Shown here: positions 53,451-64,000 of the stretch, piece after piece
Position numbering within the stretch: position 1 is the first letter of the stretch
Layout of the letters: each line of letters starts with the position of its first letter
NCBI GenBank assembly: GCA_964252035.1
Contig: OZ176209.1
DNA length: 64,000 bases
Strand: one strand, 5' to 3'
Origin: Podarcis erhardii
Lineage: Eukaryota
The notes under the pieces: model-generated
The model's database searches: none
What the model was told of the DNA's origin: nothing
The model's input: the letters and a program-made list of their open reading frames with translations, nothing else
Translations under genes and position numbers: made by a program

Positions 53451-56419
53451 CTAACATGTTAGTTTGCACTGTGAAGTAAAGAGGCCACAGATCATAGGCA
53501 GTATTGGAACTGCTTTCATACCATCACCTTCTGGAGGCAAATTCCTCAGTCTGCCGTGAAACAAAGGGGAGAAGAACTGGAGTACATTGACTAGAGTTGC
53601 TCCAAATTTGGTTGTAGGTGTGAGCTGTTATTGGTTATATACTGTAAGAGAAATGGGGGTTCCCACTTGTTACAAAAGTGAAAACGGATCACTGATTTGA
53701 TGACTACAGGCCTACATATAGCCCAGCTTTAAAATTAAATTAAAAGGCATATGCTTGACAGGCAAAAGAAAATTCCTTTCAGGTAAACAGGAGGTGAGGT
53801 GGTGAGAGCTGCTTTATTTAGGCTCCAATCCTATGTACACCTTCATGGGAGTAAATCCCTCAGAACTCAGTGTTGCTTACTTTCTGAGTAGTTGGGTCAC
53901 TGTAGGATCAAATATAGAAAAGAACAATTCACTACTGTAGCCCTGCCAGCTCCGGCTGCACTAGATCCATAAGGTGGCAAAATGTTTTCTCCAAACCTCT
54001 AATGACTAGTTATTCCTCTTTGTGGTATGGACACTGAGGAATTTGTACATTTTATGACAATACTGCATTTATAAACATTCAAGTTCATGAAGATGATGTA
54101 TATCCCTTCTGGATTGCAGTCTTTATCTTAATAATATTCCAATCATTCCTTCCTATGGGGAGTTGCTTTTTCAAATGATCTATAGGAAGATGTGTGGTGT
54201 AATACAGTATACATTTCCATGCCCTGCAAATCTTATAATGTGGGGGACAATCTTAAAGAAGGAATACAGACAAGTCATGTGAGGAAAAGAAGCTCAGTTG
54301 TAATTATTAGGACAGCATAATATAAGCTTCAGCAATTTCAAATTCACACATTAATATAGTAATAAAAAAATACTTTCCATTTTTCCTAGTTCGTCTGTTT
54401 CTTCCTCCTTGGGGTGCATTTTATATGCTGGAAGGTGATGTTGCTAAATAGTTTCATACACAGAATCACTGCGGAATTATTTGCATGGCTGGCTCACAAT
54501 TGCTATCAGTCAAGTCACTTTTGACTTCTTTCTCTGGTGAGCTTTCGTCTTCTTTATAATTCCAAATGCTATGCTTGAATTAAAAGTACTTCAGACATTT
54601 TCCTTTCATCTGCTAATCTTTCTTCTAAACCCAATTTTCTGTGAACTAGGAAACCCAACCCAATCTTGGGGACTTAAAGCCCTATCTATCAACAAATGTT
54701 TCACAAGACAAGACAGTTTAGAAATTGGCATTCTGGAATAAATGGTTCCATGCCAACTGATTACCATCGCAGACATGTAATCTGAAAAGGATATGCCAGA
54801 CTGGAAGTTATGAATAGTAAACCTCATGCTGTTTTATGTTTTCCTGACCTCTTTTTCCTTTGCACTTACTTCAAGCCAAACGGCACCCGTGTCATATTTG
54901 AAATGAAGAGCAGGTTTCTGAACTGAGATATTTTTGGGTGGGGTGGGGTGGGATTAAATTGACAAATGGATTTTTGAAAGCTTGATCAGAGTAAGGTAAA
55001 CAGAAACACAAAAAAGAAAAAAAAGAAGGAAGGGTAATTCTAAGCAGTAAACAATGTCACAACATTACGTTATGTTAGGGCTTCCCCCCCCTAGCCAGAA
55101 CTCACTCAATTCCAGCATCTCTCATTGCCATTATAAAAGAACAAGGGAGGCATTCACGGTGAGTTCCGGCACCTCTTTTTATAGAAAACTTGGGGTAGCA
55201 AACATCCAGGTGTAGTTGAACTCCAGTTACCATCAGCTCCAGCCAGCAAAGTCAATTGTCAAGGATGTTATGTCAAACCAGTTGGCTTACTATTAACTTC
55301 TGGACTCAGTTGATGATTCCAGTCTTTGAATTCCCCATGCACATTAGACCTATGTGGGAATTAAGTTCAATTTCAGAGGCCATGCTCTTGATGCCTTCTC
55401 AGGAGATTTGACCAATGAGCACAAAAGGCAGGTCCTTTTCTGTGGTAATGATTCCAGAGCTTTCTCCCAGTTTAAATTAGCCAGCTTTGTGTCTCCTTAA
55501 CAATAAATTGAACATACCTTTATTTAAATGGGCTTGTTGCCAGCCTTAATGTGTGACATATTTTACCCTTGCTGCAGTAAGGTTTCTATTTTAATGTAAG
55601 CATTACAGTGCAACCCCATAGGCACTGGGTTGGCCACTGTGAGAATAAGATGCCATGGGCCTTTTGCCTGATCCAGTAGACTGTTATTATATTCTATACA
55701 TGGTTACCATAAGTAAGTTCTCTTGAGTTCAGTGGGGTTTACTATAGGAGCATTATGTACTATGCTAATTGCTATTAGAAATGTGTTTTCTTTGCAATTT
55801 GATTAGTTATGTGGGTCCCACACTCTTGTGGGTCCTCTCAGTAGAAGAATTGTATGTATTATTTTTATTTTTATTATTATTATCATCATCATTATTATTT
55901 ATTAAATATCTCTGTAGTACACTTTAGAAGACACTGAGACCAATTAAGTTTTGATAAAGTTTTGCTAGGCTGCTGCCCCTGTCTAAGATAACACTACTAG
56001 TATTTAACATTAATTTAGTATGCTAGGCATTGTACTTTCACATGAGAGAATACAGAACACAGAATACCCTTACAAATAACTTTTTTGTTAAAAGGTAGGG
56101 TACTTCTGCCACGCTTTCAAACTGAATGTATTAGGCCAATTACTGGATATCACTGCATATGAATAGCCCATAAATAACTCCTGTTCAATTTATTGCACAC
56201 TGTAACTATAGAACAAGCACATTTTTTCTTTCAAAATACTTAAAAAGAAATGTTCCATAATGCTTTATGTACATGAGTTTTTCTAAAAGCTCTTAACTGA
56301 ATGAGATTCACAGAAGGAAAGAAAAAGTTCTTTTACATAAATCACATATTCAGCACCCATTGGAGCTCTGTGCCTTCAGGACATGTGTAGATAAATCGGG
56401 TTCTCTCTTAAAGAGGGCA

Positions 56420-57180
56420 TGTATTGTGGTGAGACCTGGACAATCGACACCCTGTGTTGTGGGTGGGTACAATTATTAAGCCACAACACCCGATTGGTAT
56501 GTCCCTCGAAGTTGGGTACAATCTGGCCAATGGGATGCAGTCCAAATGGTTCAAGAGACCTATTTATACCCATGCACGTGACCAGAGCTTCCTCTTTGGG
56601 CGCATGCATTCGGAAAACCTACCCACCTCTCCCTACCTTTAGGGCTTGTTGCGCTTGATCTTGCTATGCCGTCGTGTGTCGTCTGTTGTTAGGACAGGGG
56701 CATGGCAGGAGTTTTCCCCACTTGGCTGATTGGCTGATGCCATTTGGGTTTCATCTGCCGTGTAGCAAATCTTCACAACTTGTAAGGTTGAGGATAGGCT
56801 CTATTTCAGGTGATAGGGATGGGAGAATGCTCTCACCATCCCTATGTGAAGGGCATTCTGTTAAAGGAATCCAGGGACTCGATGGTTTGGTCAACCCCTG
56901 AGAGGTAGTTGTGCCCGTGCCTGAGTCCAGGGGAACATTTGGATGGCGGAGATAGCCTGTTCCCGGCTTTCCGCTTATCCAGGTGTTCACCCTTGGCTGA
57001 CCTATGCTGGTGCCCTGGGTCAGCGCTACCTGCATTGCAGGGAGCTAGTCGAACCAGAGCCTATGCAACCAGTCACTTTCTGTAATCAATAAAGTAGTGG
57101 CCTAAATTCTGCCAAAAACCAAACCAACAATTTGAGTGAATTTATTTAGGGGAAGGTTTCTGCGTCTGAACACGCAACAA
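56420..57180 (+). mobile_element. LTR-like or terminal-repeat remnant
   Basis: CpG-containing block with CCAAT (ggccaatggg), TATA-like (cctatttata), CACGTG and aataaagtagtggcc near the 3' end. No TSD identified. Confidence 0.55.
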
Positions 57181-57930
57181 TGTGAATTACACAAACCCAG
57201 CACTTGCAGGATCAGAGCTTTACTGCCTAGTTCTAATATAAAATACCAATATTTTAAAGTTCAAAATCCCAACTTCAGCCTCAAAAATAAACCAGTGAAG
57301 TACATTGTCACAGTTTTCCAGCTGCAAATTTAATTCTCTGCACAATTTAATAGGAACTGGCATAACTTGACATGTTCATAATGCAGCAAAACATCAGCAC
57401 AGTCACTTTACTAGTTTTCCAGCAATAATCACAGTGAGGTGCTAGAGGAGGTCTTGAGGGTCTCAGGAGACCCTTATTAAAATCCTGTCACAAAAGTAGG
57501 CATGCACCACCTATTTGCCAGGATAGGCATTCAATTTTAATAAGCATATTACTACCTCAGAAATGCTTCAAAACAGGTAGATAATAATTAGTGAGATAAA
57601 GTATGTACAGTGTTGCCAATTGCAATGTGATATATAAATGATTTCATTTTCCTATTCATCATCTTATTCTTCTAGTTTCAGGTGCCATCTATTGCAGTGT
57701 TTAGATCTCTGGCTGCCCAAGGTAGGGCCTCGTAGATGATAGCAGTAGAATTAGGTGTCATTCTTGTCTAGCTTTTAGTGTCAGCTAGAATGTTCCCAAG
57801 ACTTTTCAAAAGTGAGCAGTTTGGCTAATGGTTAAGGACTCTCCATTACTCCCTCCTTTTTAAAAACTATCTTTCTCAGGGCTGTTTTAATTTTGTAACC
57901 TGCCCTGGGTGAAGGGCAGATAAATTAGTA

Positions 57931-57971
<41 letters not shown>

Positions 57972-57972
<1 letters not shown>

Positions 57973-58143
57973 TTATTTATTATTTATACCCCGCCCATCT
58001 GACTGAGTCTCCCCAGCCACTCTGGGCGACTCCCAATCAAATGTTAAAAACAGTACAGCATTAAATATTAAAAACTTCCCTAAACAGGGCTGCCTTCAGA
58101 TGTCTTTTAAAGATAGGATAGCTGCTTATTTCCTTCACATCTG
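57972..58143 (-). mobile_element. L2-clade LINE 3' end
   Basis: tttataccccgcccatctgactgagtctccccagccactctgggcg...ttccctaaacagggctgccttcagatgtc. Confidence 0.82.
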
Positions 58144-58521
58144 ATAATAATAATTGCCTGCTGCAAAGACACAATGACACTCTTTTCTATTCTATATACA
58201 AAAGCAGCTAAGATTGGCAATTTTATCTTTTGTAAATATTGATAGTGGGATAGTGTTTTGGGCAAAAAATGCCTCTCCTCCACTTCCATCAGTGGAAGGG
58301 TCTGCTGCAACAAAAGCTGTTCCATGAGTGCAAAGGCACCAATTGGATATTACCACTGTTTAAAAGAAAAACCAAAGACCTTTTTGGACCTTTAACTTTT
58401 ACATCTCCTTATCCCCTGCTCACTTCTCCATCCTATTCCTCATTAGTAACTCTTTATACGTTCCAGACTAAAGGATGTTGTCCTCTCAATATGGTATAGT
58501 TATATTTTATGTACTATTGGA

Positions 58522-58705
58522 GCTCTGGTTTCCGTCACAGTGTTCCATTGCACCAGAAGAGGTTTAGTCATGCTGGCCACATGATCTGGAAAGCTGTCTG
58601 TGGACAAACGCCAGCTCCCTCGGCCTGAAAGGGAGATGAGCACTGCAACCCCATAGTCACCTTTGACTAGACTTAACCGTCTGGGGTCCTTTACCTTTAC
58701 CTTAT
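58522..58705 (+). mobile_element. Sauria SINE, 5'-truncated
   Basis: ccagaagaggtttagtcatgctggccacatga...gagatgagcactgcaacccc...ggggtcctttacctttacctt with the (ACCTTT)n tail. Confidence 0.85.
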
Positions 58706-59084
58706 TTTTACCTATCCCCTGCTCTCTTCTCCATACTATTCCTCATTAGTAACTCTTTATATATTCCAGACTTAAGGATTTATCCATCCCAACTATTATA
58801 TTTATATTTTATGTACTATTGAAGCATCTTCCCTTTTGATTTAGATAGAAAACATTAATTACAGGGCCTTCCTATTTAAGAAAAGCCAAGGAATGGCACT
58901 TGTTGCTGCAAAACTGCTTGAAAATGTCCTGTGTGGCAGGGGGAAGAAGTATTGGAGTACAACTATTTTTCTGTGGCCAATCAAAGTTGAGGAAACTTGC
59001 ATGGTCACAGTTAGACACTAATCAGAAACTCACAACCAGAGTGCATGCATAACCCTGCACCATTCTTCTTCAGTAGCTTTATAG

Positions 59085-59220
59085 TAGGCTTCCTCAAACT
59101 CAGCCCTCCAGATGTTTTGACACTACAATTCCCATCATCCTTGACCACTGGTCCTGCTAGCAAGGGATCATGGGAGTTGTAGGCCAAAAACATCTGGAGG
59201 GCCAAGTTTGAGGGAGCCTG
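59085..59220. mobile_element. Palindromic hAT MITE with perfect 8-bp TSD
   Basis: taggcttcctcaaact...agtttgagggagcctg, with ctttatag at 59077-59084 and 59221-59228. Confidence 0.9.
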
Positions 59221-61234
59221 CTTTATAGCATCCCCATGCTTTAATTTTGCAGGTTATTTTATCCACAGTATAAAGATCAATGTGACAAGCCACCCTGAAC
59301 ATTTAAACTGTCAGCAACAAATGCCTGAACACTCCACTTACAAAACTGGAGAGAAAACTGTAATACCATTATGGGCAAATAAGTGGCTATAGTCTGAACC
59401 TACATAGTTAAGTTTTCTGTTGTGCTAATTTATTGCAATTAATGACTTCCTTTTTTAGGGGGGGAGGAGGGTCCAAACTAAAATCCATACTATAAAAATT
59501 TGCTAGCAATGAGATACAAACTGTGGCCTTTAAAATCCCTTTTTGCTTCTAAAGGGGTAAGGCATATTTCAGCCTATAAATATCATACCTGCTTTTTGAT
59601 TTTTATTGACTGAAAAACTGTGAAATGGGTGGGGGGCTCAATTCTTCAGCATCTAATAGCAGTTAACATCCTTTTGAACCTGCCAGAATTAACTACAGGT
59701 ATTTGACTTATTTGTTACTGGATTTGGTTGCAGCTAATACCTGAAGTGTGGTGATCCATAAGAAGCTTTCTTTCCATTTCCTTTAGAATAATAATGTGGC
59801 AGCTGAGTTATTAACACACAGGCGACTTGAAGAAAACCAATCAATCAAGCCTAGTAAATGATATTTCCCCTGAAATTTTCAGTTCTGAAGTCACTTCCAT
59901 TTTGTCACTACTTTATGAAACCTTTACTTGGCCTCAGGTTAGAAAAAGAACCTTTTTCTAGTTTAGTTTAATATTTCTTTCCCACTTTTTTTCCTTCTTC
60001 GTAAAAACAGGCAAGCTTGACTGTTGCAGGAGAGGCTAAACAGTGATGGTAATAGTGTGGCTTTGAGTCACCAACACTTTTTCTATTCATTCATTATTAG
60101 CCTGCTGCATCCCCAACCCTGAAGGTGAGAAAGAACATATTACAAACACCAATCCTTTGCAAATATAAACACTAAATTGTGGACTGCAGTCCCTACAGTC
60201 AGGCATAGCCAGCCTTTATAGGTTGGGGGTGGACCAGAGTGAAGCCTGCTCAACTGGCCAGAATTCAAATAGACGGATGGCAGGAAAGCCTGCCAATCCA
60301 AGCAGCCAGCCAAGGGATTCCACAAAGCGTGTTCTCCAATAAATGAGAGCACGTGTTGCGGTGTGGGCCACCAGGCCAGGCCTCTTGTTGCCAGGCGGGT
60401 TAATAGTTGTTGCCTGGCATTGTGATTGGATAACCAGGTTGCTGGGGCAAATTGTATGTTGCAAATTGGGTGGGTGGGACCATAGTCTTTAAATATTGGT
60501 GCACTCTGGTTTCGCTTTCTCTTTACAGAGTGCATCAGATCAGGAGCAATCTTCTCATTGTCTGGTTAAATTTCTTTTTAATCCTCTCTAGTCCCTTAAT
60601 TAATTTAATTTCCCTTTTTTCCTGTTTGATTTCTCACCCCACCCCTTACCCTGCCCTGTGGGAAGATTCTCCCTGTACCTGTGAGTGCTGCTTGCCTTTC
60701 CCAATAGGGAGAGAGCCCCCATTAGGGGCTTTCTTTTGCAAAAAGGTTTCCCCCATTTTTGCCTGTTTAATTGTGGGGCTAGTCAGGGCTGTTCCCAGCT
60801 TAGCTGGAATCACTTTCGTTTATAGTATCCCCAAAGGTTGGCTTTATTTTGGGTGCATGCAGTGCTGTTGGCCGAGTTTTAATCTAGCCTTGGGCGGGAG
60901 CACTATATTGAGTTCCTTTAATATTGCAATGAGACTATAAAAGGCAGAGAGCAGAAGCAGGGAGGCCTTCACGGCCTGCACATATCATTCAAGCCTAAGC
61001 CTGCTACAGTAAATTGATAAGTCTCTGTGACATGTGACTCATTTTCTCTATAAGCATTTATCTGTTTGTTTGCAGGCTCACTTGTTGCTAATGTATATCT
61101 TAGGCAGACAGAGTGGAGCCAGAGGCTCTCTGTGCCTCCAGTGCACTCTGTGTATGCTCTTTAACTATGCTGTTTCTGAACAAGTTCATTTTCTTCAAGT
61201 TTGCTTTTCCCTGATAGTGGCAACTGCCATTTTA

Positions 61235-61320
61235 GAGACGAGCCATTGTGGCTTAGTGGCTAGAGTACAGGACTAGGACCTGGGAGTCAGGGTTCATATC
61301 CCCCACTTAGCCATTGTTAT
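61235..61320 (+). mobile_element. tRNA-derived SINE head (Ther1/MIR-like)
   Basis: tgtggcttagtggctagagt (A box) ... gggttcatatccc (B box). Confidence 0.5.
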
Positions 61321-61842
61321 CACAAAACAAAACAAGCCGCTCCTTTTGGACTAGTCTGTTGCTGGGTAGTTCGGCCCACTTGTGATATTGCTCCCAAAAA
61401 GAACTTTGGGTTTCTTGAGGGCGTGCTTCCCTCTAAAGGGCAAACAGGGGTACCTGGACAGGCGGTGGGCTGCCTCGTGTTTGTTATCTCATTGGAAACA
61501 TTTATGTCTGGCCTAGCAGGTGATCTTAGGGCTTGGCCCGCTTGGCCCTAGAATTTGATGGCCTCTGGCAGCATTTCCGGCCTGAATAGCTTCCCCATGT
61601 GGTGCACAAAGCATTGGTTTCACCAGTTCCTCACATTTAGTTTTTTGCAGACTATGACAGGGCCTTTGCAGATGTCTCCAGAGCTTGCCTCTCCTGCAGA
61701 GGTTGACTTGCTGATGCCCTAGGTGCCTTCTTCCAGAAGGAAGCGTCTTCAGAGGCGGCGATCCAGGAGCAGGGAAAAGGGGAGCAGGGATGATGCTTAC
61801 ACCTCCTTGCAGGTATGTCATACCTGGGTCTTTAGGGTTCAT

Positions 61843-62205
61843 CCTGGATAGCTCAGCTGGTCAGCGTATGGTGCCGGTAATCCCTAGGTTGCAGAATTGG
61901 TCCCTGTTTGGGACAGCTGCATGTTCCCCCATCACTCTACCCGGAAACTGAGGTCCAGCGCCGAGGGCCTTCTGGTGGTTCCCTCACTGTGAGAGGCCAA
62001 GTCACTGGGCACCTGCTTGGTAGTGGCACCCGCCCTGTGGTACTCCCTCCCATCAGATGTCTACTACCAGACTTTTAGAAGACATCTAAGGCAGCCCTGT
62101 TTAGGGAAGCCTTTAATGTTTGCTGCGTTACTGTATTTTAATCTTTTGTTGGAAGCTGCCCAGAGTGGCTGGGGAAGCCCAGCCATACGGGCAGGGTACA
62201 AATAG

Positions 62206-62256
<51 letters not shown>

Positions 62257-62310
62257 GGAGAGTGGACTAGATGATCCTCAGGGTCGCTTCCACCCCACTA
62301 TTCTTTAAGT
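61843..62310 (+). mobile_element. tRNA-Ile-derived SINE split by an L2 insertion
   Basis: Head 61843-61927 matches 40969-41050. CR1-like tail ggactagatgatcctcagggtcgcttccac resumes at 62257. Confidence 0.7.
61928..62256 (+). mobile_element. L2-clade LINE 3' fragment with long (ATT)n tail
   Basis: gagggccttctgg...gcacccgccctgtgg...ttggaagctgcccagagtggctggggaagcccagcc, then about 17 ATT units. Confidence 0.85.
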
Positions 62311-64000
62311 TGCAATTCACTATGGGAATGTTAGATGCAGGGCTGCCATCATCCCCTCAGCTTGCTAGGATCGCAGGGACGGGGACATGTGGACCACTTG
62401 CACAGCTCCACATTTCAGATGGAAATTCCCTGAGCAATAGAACCTTAAGCTGGTATGCAGGAAGCTGGCCCAGAGGAGCTTTGTTGGGACTTTTTGGGTT
62501 TCTGGCCAGCGTTGGCCCTGTAAATTTACACATCATGGTGGCAACACAAGGCAGGGCATTTTGCCCAAGTGGGGGCTGGGGGCTAGCAAGCAATAACTCA
62601 ATACCTCTCGCCCATATTTCCATAAAAATATCTTCCTTGAAAGCCTGTCTAAAAGGTTATCTAGATGGGTCAGTGGTTTTGGTCTTGTGGGAAGGGTTTT
62701 CCCAAGGCTTGGGATTCCTCTGGCTTTTCAGCCAGTGGCTCAGAATACAGCAACTCAAAAGCCAGTCAGAGAGCTACCTGTGGTAGCAAGTAAGAAGGTT
62801 AGGAAATAGCTTTCATTGGGACGTATGGTGGGATCCCCTTGATTCTCCTTCTATTCCTGATTTTCATTTATCCACTTTGGGGATCGTTCCTAAGAAAGCC
62901 CCATATAATCCATATTTATTGCATCCCAAAGGCACCTCAATGAATGACTCTCTGGAATTGTTCCGTGAAATATGCATCTTTGGATCAAGCAGTTGAGCTT
63001 ACCAACAAATTGGAAGAGGGCCTTGTTGGCATTATGCGATATTGAATTGGCTGTTAGGCTGCTGCCGGTTACCCTCAAGATTATAAGTAGTTGGGCTTTA
63101 ATTGGATGGTCCTTACATTTATAAGGCGATGCCAATGGGTTGTGCTATAGGCTGTGCAGCACTTGAGTCCTTTAGCGTCCTTCTGGATTGAACTTTGCAA
63201 GTCAAGACTCGTTTAACTGGGGGTACCATTATTTGGATTATCTTACTGGCTGGTTCATGTGACACCAGCCTCTGCTTGGCTTAATGAATGCCCCTTTTAT
63301 TCCCTGAGGAGCTGGGTGTTCCGTTGGCAGTGGATAGGACAGTGGCTCCACTGCCGCCTTTTAACGTATTTGGGGACTAGCTGGATACCGTTGCTCATAC
63401 CTCTGCTTGCCTGTGGAAAAGCTGTGTGCCGCGAAGGACGTTATTCTTGTAATACTTCCTCTGATAGCAAATGTTGCTTTGTCAGATTCCATCATTGCTA
63501 GGTCAGTTAAAAAATTGGCATGCAGGGTGGTTGTTCCAGGCTGCCCCTTCCATTCCTGCTTGGCCAGGTGGTCTCATGGCCCGGGGTCCCTTCATCATCC
63601 TGTACAGTGGCCTTGAGCCTGGCAGGGCAAGGCAATCACATGTGACCTAACTTTTCTTGAGTTTTCCCCATTGTAGTGTCAGCGCACATCTGGACTGAGG
63701 AGTACAGGGCCATCGGGTCTGCCTTGGTCTGATAACCAGGCAGTGTGAGGGTCCTGGCAAAACGGTCCTCATGCTTTGGCAGAGTCTCCGCCCCCTTTTA
63801 TGTGCTTTCCAGCTGCACTGCTTAAGGTTTAATACTGCATTTCTGCTCACTATTACGGGATCATCTAATGTTTTCGCTGTCACTCTATCCCGTTTTCAGT
63901 TGGAGAGCTTCAGATCCTGGGCTCTGGACGCCCAGCTATAGCCGGATTTTCTGGAGCTCCTGTGGCGCTTTGGCAACAATTGATAATTAAGAGGAGTAGT

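Larger units (their letters stand above)
61385..64000 (+). mobile_element. Decayed Ngaro-type (DIRS order) tyrosine-recombinase retrotransposon: gag-like region, RT, RNase H; truncated by the window edge
   Basis: From about 62815, frameshifted: GRMVG..DSPSIPDFHLSTLGIVPKKAP, PKGTSMND, SVKYASLDQAVEL, GALLALCDIELAVRLLPV, KAMPMGCAIGCAALESFS, HYLD, EELGVPLAVDRT, LDTVAHT..LPVEKL, ACRVVVPG, LTFLE..PIVVSAHIW, WSDNQAV, TLSRFQ. Confidence 0.85.

Noticed and set aside
60140-60940. 131-aa and 162-aa ORFs
   Set aside because: Non-ATG starts, no recognisable domains, and located in a probable retroelement leader.
62271-62786. 171-aa ORF as a host gene
   Set aside because: It starts in a SINE tail and runs through decayed Ngaro sequence. 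No coherent protein.

Overview
Vertebrate genomic DNA, most likely a squamate (lacertid-like) lizard. That assignment is inferred from the repeat content: a Sauria SINE, a BovB 3' end, lizard-type L1/L2/CR1 LINEs and abundant MITEs. The whole window appears to lie inside synaptotagmin-1 (SYT1) on the minus strand. Four consecutive GT-AG coding exons are present: 38507-38691 (185 bp, transmembrane helix/Cys cluster/basic linker), 25839-25961 (123 bp), 22837-23004 (168 bp) and 15704-15871 (168 bp). Together they encode the transmembrane segment, the linker and the complete C2A domain. I did not find the luminal N-terminal exon or the C2B exons, so they probably lie outside the window. The rest is intron rich in mobile elements: a young 5'-truncated L1 with a 17-bp TSD, CR1/L2/RTE/BovB fragments, a solo LTR, hAT and Tc1/mariner MITEs, tRNA-derived SINEs and a decayed Ngaro-type tyrosine-recombinase retrotransposon running off the right edge. 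There are two assembly gaps. I did not find a convincing new biological system. The best leads are the loss of the Thr112-equivalent phosphosite in SYT1, the ALK tandem splice acceptor, the Ngaro element with nested insertions, a ~110-bp duplication flanking a Sauria SINE and a few candidate regulatory or cryptic-exon segments. Repeat boundaries without a TSD are approximate, and all alignments were done by eye.
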